NCBI GenBank assembly: GCA_963752285.1
Contig: CAVVXN010000003.1
Coordinates: 192,001 to 256,000 of the forward strand
Reading direction: 5' to 3'
Length of the DNA stretch: 64,000 bases
Source: an uncultured Planctomycetota bacterium
GTDB lineage: Bacteria > Planctomycetota > PLA2 > JAEUHO01
The notes under the pieces were generated by a model, which did no database searches, was not told the DNA's origin, and worked only from the letters and a program-made list of their open reading frames with translations. Of the stretch, positions 10,553 to 20,122 are shown one piece after another. Position 1 is the first letter of the stretch. Each line of letters starts with the position of its first letter. Both the position numbers and the translations under genes were made by a program.

Positions 10553-12082
10553 ATGACCCTACAAGACCGTGGCGCCTACCCGCGCCCCACAGAAGGTGGC
10601 GCGTACCCGCGCCCCTCGAAACGTGGCGCGTCGTCGCGCCCCTCGAACGACGGCGCGACCTCGCGCCCCACAGACCGTGCCGCGTCCGCGCGCCCCTCGA
10701 CCCGTGGCGCGTCCTCGCGCCCCTCGGACGACGGCGCGTCGTCGCGCGCCCTCGATGACCGGGCGTCCGCGCGTCCCTCGGACCCGGGCGTGACCCGCGG
10801 CCCCGACGCGCCGGATGCCGGCGCGCCGGCCCCGACGTTCGCCGACCTCCGACTCGACCCGGCGCTCCTCGCGGCGCTCCGGTCGCTTCACCACGACACG
10901 CCGACGCCCATCCAGGCCGAGGCGATCCCCTACCTGCTCGACGGACGTGACCTCCTGGGCGTCGCCCAGACGGGCACGGGCAAGACCGCCGCCTTCGCGC
11001 TCCCCATCCTCCATCGCTTCCACCGCGCACGCGTCCGCGGCACGCCGCGCCGGCCTCGCGCCCTCGTGCTCACGCCCACGCGCGAGCTCGCGGCGCAGAT
11101 CGGCCAGAGCTTCGCCGCGTACGGCCGAAACGTCCCGGTCCGGGGCACGGTCGTGTTCGGAGGCGTGGGCCAGGGCCCGCAGGTGTCCGCGCTGCTCCGC
11201 GGGGTGGAGGTGCTCGTCGCGACGCCGGGACGTCTCCTCGACCTCGTGGGCCAGCGCCACGTGGACCTCGCCCACGTCGAGGTGTTCGTGCTCGACGAGG
11301 CGGACCGCATGCTCGACATGGGGTTCCTCCGCGACGTGCGCCGTGTGATGGCCACGTTGCCCGCCGAGCGACAGTCGCTGCTCTTCAGCGCGACGATGCC
11401 GGCGGACATCGTCCGCCTGTCGAGGACCCTCCTCCGCGACCCCGTTCGCGTCGAGGTGGCGCCCCCGAGCTCGACCGTCGAGCGCGTGGACCAGCACGTG
11501 CACCACGTCGCGAAGCAGGACAAGCGCGCGCTCCTGTCGCGGATCCTCGACGACCACGCGATCCAACGGGCGCTCGTCTTCACGCGCACGAAGCACGGCG
11601 CCGACAAGGTCTGCCGGCACCTCGAGTCGGCGGGCGTGCGCTCCGCCGCGCTCCACGGCAACAAGTCGCAGGGTGCGCGGCAACGCGCGCTCGACGCGTT
11701 CCGCGCCGGCCGCCTGCGGGCCCTCGTCGCGACCGACATCGCGGCGCGCGGGCTCGACGTGCCCGGCATCACGCACGTGATCAACTTCGACCTGCCCAAC
11801 GTCCCCGAGAGCTACGTGCACCGGATCGGCCGCACCGCCCGCGCCGGACGGGACGGCGTGGCGATCTCCTTCTGCGACGCGAGCGAGCGCGGTTTCCTCG
11901 CCGACATCCAGCGCGAGATCCGCCAGGAGCTCGTCGTGGTGGGAGACGCGCCCCCTCCGGCGCCGTTCCCCCTGCGTCCCACGCCGGCCTTCGCCGGCCG
12001 CGCGGCGGGCGCCTCGCGCACGGCAGGCGCGAGCCGCGGCGCGCGACGATTCGGCCGGTCGCGGCCCCGGGCGCGCTGGTAG
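10553..12082 (+). CDS. DEAD-box RNA helicase (RhlE-like)
   Basis: PTPIQ, GTGKT, PTRELA, TPGR, DEAD, SAT, ARGLD, HRIGRTAR. Confidence 0.95.
   Translation: MTLQDRGAYPRPTEGGAYPRPSKRGASSRPSNDGATSRPTDRAASARPSTRGASSRPSDDGASSRALDDRASARPSDPGVTRGPDAPDAGAPAPTFADLRLDPALLAALRSLHHDTPTPIQAEAIPYLLDGRDLLGVAQTGTGKTAAFALPILHRFHRARVRGTPRRPRALVLTPTRELAAQIGQSFAAYGRNVPVRGTVVFGGVGQGPQVSALLRGVEVLVATPGRLLDLVGQRHVDLAHVEVFVLDEADRMLDMGFLRDVRRVMATLPAERQSLLFSATMPADIVRLSRTLLRDPVRVEVAPPSSTVERVDQHVHHVAKQDKRALLSRILDDHAIQRALVFTRTKHGADKVCRHLESAGVRSAALHGNKSQGARQRALDAFRAGRLRALVATDIAARGLDVPGITHVINFDLPNVPESYVHRIGRTARAGRDGVAISFCDASERGFLADIQREIRQELVVVGDAPPPAPFPLRPTPAFAGRAAGASRTAGASRGARRFGRSRPRARW
10568..10783 (+). repeat. Degenerate 27-bp (9-aa) tandem repeat, about 8 units, at helicase N-terminus
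   Basis: RGAYPRPTE GGAYPRPSK RGASSRPSN DGATSRPTD RAASARPST RGASSRPSD DGASSRALD DRASARPSD. Confidence 0.85.
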
Positions 12083-12088
12083 CGCGGG

Positions 12089-12895
12089 TCACGCGAGCAA
12101 CGCCTCGAGCCGGTCGAGCCCGTCGGTCAATGCCGCGGGCCCCGGCTGGAGGATCACGCTCGCGGGGATCTCGTGGACGCGCCCCGTCCGGACCGCGGGC
12201 AGGTCCGCGAAGCCCGGCCGGGCGCGCACCGCCTCGGGGTCGAACGGCTTCCCGCACCACGAGGCGAGGATCACGTCGGGTCGTCGTGCGACGACCTCGC
12301 CGGGCGTCACGACGCGCCCGCTCGCCGCGCAGGACGGCGCGCGCTCGCGGAAGACGTCCTCGCCGCCCGCCGCCTCGATCAGCTCGCTCACCCACGCGCT
12401 GCCGCAGAGGAGCGGGTCCATCCACTCCTCGAAGTAGACGCGGGGTCGCCGGGGTCGCGCCGCGGCGCGGGACCGCGCGTCGCGGATCCGTGTCTGGTAG
12501 CCCTCCACGAGCTCGCGCGCGCGCGCCTCCCGACCGACGAGGCGGCCGAGCAGGCGCACGAGGTCGAGGATCTCCGCGATCGTGCGCTGGTTCGTGATCC
12601 ACACCGACAGGTGCGCGCGCACGAGGCGCTGGGCGAGGTCCGCCTGCACGTCGGAGAACCCGAGCACCAGGTCGGGGCAGAGCGCGGCGATCCGTTCCAC
12701 GCTCCCGCCCGTGAAGCCCGACACCACGGGCTTGTCGCGACGCGCCTCGGGCGGCCGCTCCGTCCACGCGCTGATGCCCACCACGCGATCGCCCTCGCCG
12801 AGCGCGTAGAGGATCTCGGTCGTCTCCTCCGTGAGGCACACGATGCGCCGCGGAGGGTCGGGTTCCCGGTCGGGGGGAGGGGGCCTGTCCGCCAT
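12089..12895 (-). CDS. BtuF-like helical-backbone metal/cobalamin-binding protein, no signal peptide
   Basis: RRIVCLTEETTEILYALG, PDLVLGFSD, RVYFEEW.DP, PDVILASWCGK, LQPGP. Confidence 0.85.
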   Translation of the reverse strand: MADRPPPPDREPDPPRRIVCLTEETTEILYALGEGDRVVGISAWTERPPEARRDKPVVSGFTGGSVERIAALCPDLVLGFSDVQADLAQRLVRAHLSVWITNQRTIAEILDLVRLLGRLVGREARARELVEGYQTRIRDARSRAAARPRRPRVYFEEWMDPLLCGSAWVSELIEAAGGEDVFRERAPSCAASGRVVTPGEVVARRPDVILASWCGKPFDPEAVRARPGFADLPAVRTGRVHEIPASVILQPGPAALTDGLDRLEALLA

Positions 12896-12962
12896 CGCCC
12901 GACACCATGCCACGCGGGGCCGGCGTGCCGCGCGGGGAGCGGCCCGCGCGTAGACTCGCCGC

Positions 12963-14327
12963 ATGTCCCTGCCCCCGTCCCGGCCGCTCGTCGGGATCTC
13001 CTCGTGCCTGATCGGCCTCCGTACCCGCCACGACGGGACGGACCGGCGGCACGCCGCCGCGACGGCGCTCGCCGACGAGGTCCTGTGGTTGCCGGTCTGT
13101 CCCGAGGTCGAGGCGGGGTTCGGCGTGCCGCGCGCGCCGATCCGGCTCGTCCGGGCGGACGGCGTCGTCGGGCTGGAGGTCGTCCAGACGGGCGAGGACG
13201 TCGGAGCGCGGATGGTGTCGTGGACCCGGTCCCGCCTCGACGCCCTCCCCCTCGACCGGATCTCGGGGTGGGTGCTGAAGGCGCGGAGCCCCTCGTGCGC
13301 GAAGGACGACGCGGCCGTTCACGACGCGGCGGGGAACGCGGCGGAGGTCCTTCCCGGTCGCTTCGCGGCCGCGCTCCACGACCGCTGCCCCGACCTCCCG
13401 CTCGCGAGCGAGGTGGACCTCGACGACCCCGGGCGGCGAAACGCGTTCCTCGCGCGCGTGCGCGCACGCCACGCGGCGCTCGCCGCGCGCGCCGCCGCCA
13501 CGGCGCCGGCCCGCGGGCACGACGCCGCGGCCGCGCCGGCGGCCCCGTCGTCCGCCGGTCCCGAGGCCGGCCGCGGCCCGCGTCCGCGGTACGACGCGTA
13601 CGACGCCTTCGCTCCCGCGTACGCGCGGTGGTGGGGGGCCGAGGCCGCGCGCACCCTCGCGGACCTCGACCGGTTCGTGCTCGCGGACCTGCCCGCGCCG
13701 GCGCGCGTGCTCGACCTCGCGTGCGGGACCGGCGACCTCGCCGCCGCGCTCGCCCAGCGAGGGTACGAGGTCGTGGGCCTCGACGGGTCCGCCGCGATGC
13801 TCGACCTCGCCCGACGAAACGCGCCCGACGCGACGTTCGTGCTCGGCGACGCGCGCGCCTTCGATACGGAGCGCCCGTTCGACCTCGTGGTCTGTACGTT
13901 CGACAGCCTGAACCACGTGATGCGCGCGGAGGAGCTCGGCGAGGTATTTCGCGCGGTGTTCTGCGCGCTCCGACCGGGAGGGCGGTTCGCGTTCGACCTG
14001 AACCTCGACGCGAAATACCGCTTTGCGTGGCGCGGCTCGTTCGCGCGCCTCGACGACGACCTCGCGGCGATCGTCCGGACCGACGTGGACCTCGACGCGC
14101 GCGTCGCGACGTTCGACGCGGCGTGCTTCGCGCGGCACGGCGACGCCTGGCGGCGCGACGACGTGCACCTCGAGCAGACCTGGTACGAAGAGGGCGCGGT
14201 GCGAGACCGCCTCCTCGCCGCCGGCTTCGAGGCGATCCGGATGGAGCCGCTCGGCCGAGACGCCGGAGCGTCGGCGGAGGTGCGGCGCGCGCTCTTCCTC
14301 GGCGCGCGGCCGTCGGGCGCACGATGA
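12963..14327 (+). CDS. DUF523 (thiouracil desulfidase TudS family) fused to class I SAM methyltransferase
   Basis: ISSCLIG..RHDG, VCPEVEAGFGVPR, LKARSPSC; Ala/Pro linker; VLDLACGTG, FDLVVCTFDSLNH, LRPGGRFAFD. Confidence 0.85.
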   Translation: MSLPPSRPLVGISSCLIGLRTRHDGTDRRHAAATALADEVLWLPVCPEVEAGFGVPRAPIRLVRADGVVGLEVVQTGEDVGARMVSWTRSRLDALPLDRISGWVLKARSPSCAKDDAAVHDAAGNAAEVLPGRFAAALHDRCPDLPLASEVDLDDPGRRNAFLARVRARHAALAARAAATAPARGHDAAAAPAAPSSAGPEAGRGPRPRYDAYDAFAPAYARWWGAEAARTLADLDRFVLADLPAPARVLDLACGTGDLAAALAQRGYEVVGLDGSAAMLDLARRNAPDATFVLGDARAFDTERPFDLVVCTFDSLNHVMRAEELGEVFRAVFCALRPGGRFAFDLNLDAKYRFAWRGSFARLDDDLAAIVRTDVDLDARVATFDAACFARHGDAWRRDDVHLEQTWYEEGAVRDRLLAAGFEAIRMEPLGRDAGASAEVRRALFLGARPSGAR

Positions 14328-14776
14328 GGACCGTCCTGCAACGGGTCGCGAGCGCGGAGGTCGGCGTGGACGGCCGGCGGCACGCGGCGATCGGGCACGG
14401 CCTGCTCCTCCTCGTGGGCGTCGAGAAGGGCGACGGCGAGGCCGACGCCGACGCGACCGCGGCGAAGGTCCTCCGCCTGCGCGTGTTCCCCGGCCGGACC
14501 CCGATGGACCGCACGGTGGGCGAGGTCCACGGCGCGTGTCTCGTCGTGAGCCAGTTCACGCTCCTCGCCTCGCTCTCGAAGGGGAACCGCCCGGGTTTCG
14601 ACCGCGCCGAGGCGCCCGCGCGGGCCGAGGCGCTCTACCTCCGCGTCGCCCGAGGGCTTCGCGACGCGGGGCTCCCCGTCGAGACCGGGGTCTTCGGCGC
14701 CGCGATGGAGGTCGGGCTCCGAAACGACGGCCCGGTCACCCTCGTCCTCGAGGCCCGGGGCGGTCGGGTCGCCTGA
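14324..14776 (+). CDS. dtd: D-aminoacyl-tRNA deacylase
   Basis: MRTVLQRV, SQFTL, FGAAM, NDGPVT; ATGA overlap with upstream gene. Confidence 0.95.
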   Translation: MRTVLQRVASAEVGVDGRRHAAIGHGLLLLVGVEKGDGEADADATAAKVLRLRVFPGRTPMDRTVGEVHGACLVVSQFTLLASLSKGNRPGFDRAEAPARAEALYLRVARGLRDAGLPVETGVFGAAMEVGLRNDGPVTLVLEARGGRVA

Positions 14777-14864
14777 TCGCGCGCTCCGGGCCCCGGCATG
14801 CCCGCGCTCCGTCCCGACCGGGCGGCCGCGCCCGGGCGCTCCGGCGCGCCGCCGGCGGGGTTCA

Positions 14865-15716
14865 ATGGAGCGTCCCCGTCCGGAGCCTGTGATGCGACCC
14901 CTCGCCCAAGTCGTCTTGACCGCGGTCCTCGTGGCCACGGGACTCGTCGCCTACCACTTCGTCGTCCACGACGGCGCCTCCCCGACCGCGGCGCTCGCGT
15001 CCGCGTCGGGCGTCCGCCCGGCCGGCGACGACCTCGAGCGTCGCGTCGAGGCGCTCGAGTCGCGGCCCGGCGTGCTCGTCCCCGCGCTCGCGGGCAGCAC
15101 GAGCCCCGACGACCTCGCGCTCCGCGTACGCCGGCTGGAGCAGCGGCTCGAGAGCCTCGCGCCGGGGCGGTCCGGCGGGACCGCCCCCTCGGGCCTTCCC
15201 GACGCCGCCCAGCCGAGATCGGCCCCGGACGGCGCCCCCGCGGACGGTGCGGACGACGACCCCGCCGCGTTCGTCGAGGGCGGGACCCTCGCCACCCTCC
15301 TCACGCCGTCCCAGCGCCGGACGTTCGAGAACCTCGTGGACGACGCGCTCGACTCGCGCGGCGAGCGCCAGCAGTGGCGGCGGGCCGAGGAGCGGATCCA
15401 GGCGCTCGGCATCGAGCTGAGCGCCGACCAGGCGCAGAAGGTCCAGGACGCGATGGGCGCCCGACGGAAGGCGATCTCCGACGCGTTCCAGAAGGTCCGG
15501 GCCACCGGGGTCCAGGGCGCCGACTTCCGCGACCAGCTCGGCGAGGCCCGCACCCAGGCGGACCAGACGTTCACGCAGACGCTCTCGACCTTCCTGGCGG
15601 CCCCCGACGCCGAGGCGGTCTCGAAGGCGCTGACCTCGCCCGGCGGCGGTCGGGGCGCGTTCTTCCGCGGTCCCGGCGGCGGTCGCGGGGGGCGGGACGC
15701 GGGCGCCGGCCGCTGA
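14865..15716 (+). CDS. Hypothetical membrane-anchored coiled-coil protein
   Basis: N-terminal TM, LERRVEALE and LRVRRLEQRLE coiled segments, Gly/Arg tail; start may be 14892. Confidence 0.65.
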   Translation: MERPRPEPVMRPLAQVVLTAVLVATGLVAYHFVVHDGASPTAALASASGVRPAGDDLERRVEALESRPGVLVPALAGSTSPDDLALRVRRLEQRLESLAPGRSGGTAPSGLPDAAQPRSAPDGAPADGADDDPAAFVEGGTLATLLTPSQRRTFENLVDDALDSRGERQQWRRAEERIQALGIELSADQAQKVQDAMGARRKAISDAFQKVRATGVQGADFRDQLGEARTQADQTFTQTLSTFLAAPDAEAVSKALTSPGGGRGAFFRGPGGGRGGRDAGAGR

Positions 15717-15828
15717 CGCGCGCGGCCACGCCCGCCGCCGCGCCGTTCGAAGAGAGGCGCCGGCGCTCGCGCGAGACGGGGCGGCCGGTCTATACCGGCG
15801 GCCGCCGGGCGCCGTCCAAACGGGCGTC

Positions 15829-16428
15829 ATGGTGGACCCGGCCGGCCTTGCCCTCGAGACGCCGTTCCAAGTGGGCCGGGCGAGGAGGTGCCAAGCGCAC
15901 GTGGACCTCGGCGAGCGACGACAGGCGTTCGTCCGTCTCGTCCAGACCCACGCGGGCCGCGCGCACGCCCTCGCCCGGCGCCTCCTCGGCGACGACCGCG
16001 CGGACGACGCGGTCCAGGAGGCGTTCCTCCGCGCCTGGCGGGGGCTCGCGCGGTTCCGGGACGAGGCCCGGATCGAGACCTGGCTGTACCGCATCGTCCT
16101 GAACGTGTGCCGCGACCGCTGGCGCGCGCGGCCGGCGCCGGCTTCGCTCGGAGCGGAGCCGGAGCGCGCGGGCCCCGCATTCGATCCCGAACGGCGGCTC
16201 CTCTCCCGCGACCTCGCGGCGCGCGTGTGGCGCGCCACCGCGTCGCTCACGCCCCGCCAGCGCGAGTGCCTCGTGCTCCGCGCCCAGGTCGGCTTGGGGC
16301 ACGGCGCGATCGCCGAGCTCCTCGGCGTCGCGCCCGCCGTCGTGAAGCTCCACCTGGTCAACGCGCGCCGCGCGCTGCTCGAGCGATTCGCGAAGGAGGT
16401 CGAGGAATGGGGCATCGAGAAGCGATGA
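15829..16428 (+). CDS. ECF RNA polymerase sigma factor
   Basis: ADDAVQEAFLRAW, TWLYRIVLNVCRD (region 2); LTPRQRECLVLR..IAELLGV (region 4); start may be GTG 15901. Confidence 0.9.
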   Translation: MVDPAGLALETPFQVGRARRCQAHVDLGERRQAFVRLVQTHAGRAHALARRLLGDDRADDAVQEAFLRAWRGLARFRDEARIETWLYRIVLNVCRDRWRARPAPASLGAEPERAGPAFDPERRLLSRDLAARVWRATASLTPRQRECLVLRAQVGLGHGAIAELLGVAPAVVKLHLVNARRALLERFAKEVEEWGIEKR

Positions 16429-18143
16429 GCTGCCCGCCCGACGAACGGCTCCTCCTCGCCGCCGACGGCGGGGGGGAGGCTGGCGAGGTCCGACGGCACG
16501 CGGCCGGCTGCGCGCGGTGCCGGGATCGCCTGGAGGCGCTCGCGGCGCTCGAGTCGCTCCTCGCGGAGGCGGACCCGCTCGACCCGGACCTCGCGTCGCG
16601 GCTCCTGGCGATCCCCGACCGCGCGGGGAGGCCCCTCGCGCCGATGGCCCTCGTCGCGGCTTCGCTCGCGGCGGCGGCGCTCCTCTCGGGCCTCGCGCTC
16701 TGGCTCCACGCGGCGGACCGCCGCCCCGACCGATCCACCGTCGTCGCCCGCCCCCCGACCGCGCCTCGCGCCGCGCCCGCGCCCGAGACGGCGGCGGCGC
16801 CCGAGCGGGGTCCCGCCGCCGGGGCGCCGACCTCGCCGCCCGGCGCGGGCCCGGCCCCCGAGCCGGGCGTGGCGGACCTCGGCCGCGAGGACCTCGGTCG
16901 TCTCGCCCGGATCGCACGGGGTCCCGACGCCGCCCGCGCCCGCGAGGCGGTCGTCCGGCTGGGCGAGATCGGCCGCGCCGAGTCCGTGCCGGTCCTGGTC
17001 GAGGCGCTGGCCGTGGACGGCCTCCGCCGGGACGCCGTCGTCGCGCTCGGCCGGGTCGGCGACGCGCGGTCCCTCGCTCCCCTCGCGACGTGGCTGTCGG
17101 ACCCGGCGCTGGCGGACGTCCTCTGCGACGCGGTGGTGGCGATCGGGGGCGAGGAGGCCGCCCGCCTCCTCGCCCGGCACGTCGGGGTCGTCCCGTCCGC
17201 CGAAGCCGGTCCCTGGGTCCGCGCCCTCGCGCGGGTGGACGGCGACACGGGCCTCTGCCTGCTGCTCGAGCTCGGCGACCGGGCCGCCCTCACGGGCCTC
17301 GTGCGGGCCGCGCTCCGCGCCGAGGAGTCGCGCGTGGTGCCCCACCTCCTGGCGATCGCAGCGGGTCGGGACGACGCGCTCGCGTACCGCGCGCTCCTGC
17401 GCCTCGAGGACCTCGCCCCGCCCTCGGCCGCGGCCGACCTCGGGGCCCTCCTCGACCGGCGCACGCGCCGCGCGCGCGCCGCGCAGGCCCTCGCGCGGAT
17501 CGACACGGCCCAGGCGGCGGCGCGTCTCTGGGACGCCGCGACGTGGCCCGAGGTGCGCGCGGCCTTCCGGCGCGGCGGCGTGGGCGTCGAGTCGTACCTG
17601 CTCGCCCGGCTCGCGGACGGGCGGTTCCGCGACCAGCTCCTGGCCGTGGACCTCCTCGGCCTCTCGGGCGGCCCCCGCGCGGTCCGCGCCCTCGAGCCGC
17701 TCGCCCGGACGCCGTCCCTCGCGCCGGGCGTCGTCACCGCGCTCGGGCGCATCGGGGGACCCGACGCGGTCACCGCGCTCGGGCGGCTCGCCGACACGCC
17801 CTCGCTCCGGCGCGACGTGATCGAGGCGCTCGGCTACACGGGGTCGGCCGACGCGGTCGCGGTGCTCGCGCGACTCGGCGCCTCGGAGCGCTCGCTCCGT
17901 GACCCCGCGATCGACGCCCTCGCGCGTCTGCCGGCGCCCGAGGCGGTGTCCGCGATCGTCCGGCTCGACGGCGAGGGGCCCCGGCGCTCGACCGTCCGCG
18001 CGCTCCGCGCGATGGACCACGCGGACGTGGTCGCCGCGCTGCACCATCTCCTGGACGGCGACCTCGCCGACGACGCCCGTCGCACGCTCGCCGCCCTGGA
18101 CCTGCCGGTCTCGCGGGGACCCGGCCGGGTCCGGCTCCGCTGA
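16425..18143 (+). CDS. Zinc-finger anti-sigma factor with TM helix and HEAT repeats
   Basis: HAAGCARC (HxxxCxxC), TM segment, many AVVALGRVGD-type HEAT units; ATGA overlap with sigma gene. Confidence 0.82.
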   Translation: MSCPPDERLLLAADGGGEAGEVRRHAAGCARCRDRLEALAALESLLAEADPLDPDLASRLLAIPDRAGRPLAPMALVAASLAAAALLSGLALWLHAADRRPDRSTVVARPPTAPRAAPAPETAAAPERGPAAGAPTSPPGAGPAPEPGVADLGREDLGRLARIARGPDAARAREAVVRLGEIGRAESVPVLVEALAVDGLRRDAVVALGRVGDARSLAPLATWLSDPALADVLCDAVVAIGGEEAARLLARHVGVVPSAEAGPWVRALARVDGDTGLCLLLELGDRAALTGLVRAALRAEESRVVPHLLAIAAGRDDALAYRALLRLEDLAPPSAAADLGALLDRRTRRARAAQALARIDTAQAAARLWDAATWPEVRAAFRRGGVGVESYLLARLADGRFRDQLLAVDLLGLSGGPRAVRALEPLARTPSLAPGVVTALGRIGGPDAVTALGRLADTPSLRRDVIEALGYTGSADAVAVLARLGASERSLRDPAIDALARLPAPEAVSAIVRLDGEGPRRSTVRALRAMDHADVVAALHHLLDGDLADDARRTLAALDLPVSRGPGRVRLR

Positions 18144-18169
18144 CGCCCCCCCGCGCAAAGGACCGACCC

Positions 18170-19900
18170 ATGCGCTCGACCTGGATCGTGCTCTCCCTCC
18201 TGCTCCTCTCGTCCTTCGGCGCGGCCTCGCTCGCCGCCGGGGACGACGTGGAGATGCGCCGGTACGACCTCGGCGCCCTCGTCCTCCCCCGTTGGAACGA
18301 GGAGGCGCCCCTCCTCGGCGCCAACGCGCCCATGTACGCCGCGGCCTCTGCGGAGCCCCCGGAGCCGGAGGCGTACCTCTCCGCGGACGAGGTCGTCGAG
18401 CTGGTCCGGTCCCTCGTGGACCGCGCGTCGTGGGACGAGCTGGACGGGGCGGAGCTCTCGGTGAACGGCGCCACGCTCGTCGCGCGAAACCGCGGGACCA
18501 CGCTCGACGAGGTCGGCGCCTTCCTGGCCGCGCTCTCGGCCGCGGCGCGGGGCGGCCTGGACCTGCAGGTGCAGGTCCTCTCGGCGCCGACCCCCTCGTG
18601 GCCCTCGGCGCCCGACGGCGCCGAGCAGGCCGCCTCGGGCACGCTCGTGCTCCCGTTCGGGGCGCGCCGGGTCCTCACCGACACCGAACGGGTCTCGTTC
18701 GTGGCGGACTACGACGTCGAGATCGCGCAAGGCTCCGAGATCGCCGATCCGATCGTCGTCACGGCCGACCAGGGCCTGGCCGTCGAAGCGGTCGCCCACC
18801 CGGCCTCGGACGGGCAGCGGGCCCTCCTCGACCTGTTCCTCCAGTGGGCCCGGTACGGGAAGAGCCGGACGATGGACACCGGGGTGGACGAGGAGTACCT
18901 GCCTCGCCCGTACCGGTCCGACGAGCGGATGCGCAACGGGCGGATCGAGCTGCCCCAGTACGACCACGTGCAGGCGCACGTGAGCACGTTCGTGGGTGCG
19001 GACGGCACGTTCTCGGTTCCCGTCGTGGTGGGGGGCCGCACGCTCGAGCTGCGGGGAAGCGTGTCGAGGTTCGACAACCCCCCCGTGCCCTCAGCCGTGT
19101 CGGTCGGCGCGCTCGCGGCCCGCCCGTTCCATCTGCGCTTCGGCATCCCCGGCGAGGTGGATCGCCCCGATCGCTTCGCCCCCCGGGCGTACCGCGAGAC
19201 CGAGGAGCCGGCCCCGCTCGACGCCGACAGCCTCCTCGAGGGGATCCGGCGCGACGTGGACCCCGAGGTGTGGGAGAGCGAGGGCGTCGTGGCGGACCGG
19301 TTCCGCGGCAAGATCTTCCTCTCGGCGCCGGACAGGGCACGCGAGAACGCGCGCACGTACGTGGCGGCGCGTGAGGCGGAGGCGCTCCGCCCCGTCCGCG
19401 TGGACCTCCAGGTGTTCTCCACCGCGGGCGCGATCCCCCCGGGCCCCGGCCGGCAGGTCCCGCGCGAGGGCGCGACGCTGCTCGACGCCGGCCGCCTGGA
19501 GACCCTGTCGGGGCGCGCGGCGTCGCTCCTGGCGGGCAACACCGCGAACTACCTGGCGGACTACGACGTCGAGGTCGCGCAGGAGTCGCGGATCGCGGAC
19601 CCGATCATCGGGCAGGCCTTCGACGGGCTCGTGCTGAACCTCGTGCCCCACGTCGGCCTCGGCGCGCGGACGATCACGATCGAGCTCCAGCTCCTCCGGG
19701 CGCGCCGGCGCATCGGGGAGGAGCCGTACCGGAGCGGGACGCGGTATCTCGGCCCCGTCGATCACGTCCGGACGGACCGCGCGCTCGTCCACACGACGCT
19801 GGAGGTCCCTGCCGGCGGCACGTACGTCCTCGACCTGGGTCCCGACCCGGACGCGCCCGGGCGGCACGTCTCGCTGGAGGTCTCGGCCGCGGTCCGCTGA
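18170..19900 (+). CDS. Exported protein with two degenerate secretin-like modules
   Basis: Signal peptide; internal duplication VADYDVEIAQGSEIADPIV / LADYDVEVAQESRIADPII, each followed by GL-V-[strand]-P. Confidence 0.6.
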   Translation: MRSTWIVLSLLLLSSFGAASLAAGDDVEMRRYDLGALVLPRWNEEAPLLGANAPMYAAASAEPPEPEAYLSADEVVELVRSLVDRASWDELDGAELSVNGATLVARNRGTTLDEVGAFLAALSAAARGGLDLQVQVLSAPTPSWPSAPDGAEQAASGTLVLPFGARRVLTDTERVSFVADYDVEIAQGSEIADPIVVTADQGLAVEAVAHPASDGQRALLDLFLQWARYGKSRTMDTGVDEEYLPRPYRSDERMRNGRIELPQYDHVQAHVSTFVGADGTFSVPVVVGGRTLELRGSVSRFDNPPVPSAVSVGALAARPFHLRFGIPGEVDRPDRFAPRAYRETEEPAPLDADSLLEGIRRDVDPEVWESEGVVADRFRGKIFLSAPDRARENARTYVAAREAEALRPVRVDLQVFSTAGAIPPGPGRQVPREGATLLDAGRLETLSGRAASLLAGNTANYLADYDVEVAQESRIADPIIGQAFDGLVLNLVPHVGLGARTITIELQLLRARRRIGEEPYRSGTRYLGPVDHVRTDRALVHTTLEVPAGGTYVLDLGPDPDAPGRHVSLEVSAAVR

Positions 19901-20122
19901 GGTCCCGGGGGGCCAGGCCGGGCCCTTCGCCGGGTCCCGGCGCGCCCGGGCGCCCGGGGCCGAGCCCGGGCGGGGGCGAAGACCCCGAGCCACCGCGCTC
20001 CGGAGAGAGGGCCCGGCGCCGACCGGGTCGCCGGGCACCGCCACCCCGCTTCCGTGCCAGCATGACCGGGCGACCGCCTCGTCGGGACGGCCCGACCCGT
20101 CGGCGGCCGCGGGGAGCTCTCC

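Noticed and set aside
10568..10783. CRISPR array (also considered for 1860-1931)
   Set aside because: Contiguous degenerate repeats in multiples of 3 with no unique spacers and no cas genes
12896..12962. Cobalamin riboswitch upstream of the BtuF-like gene
   Set aside because: Only 67 nt of intergenic space and no B12-box recognised
19901..20120. GC-rich inverted repeats as ncRNA or terminator (also 10320-10450)
   Set aside because: Expected by chance at this GC content; no U-tract or recognisable RNA family
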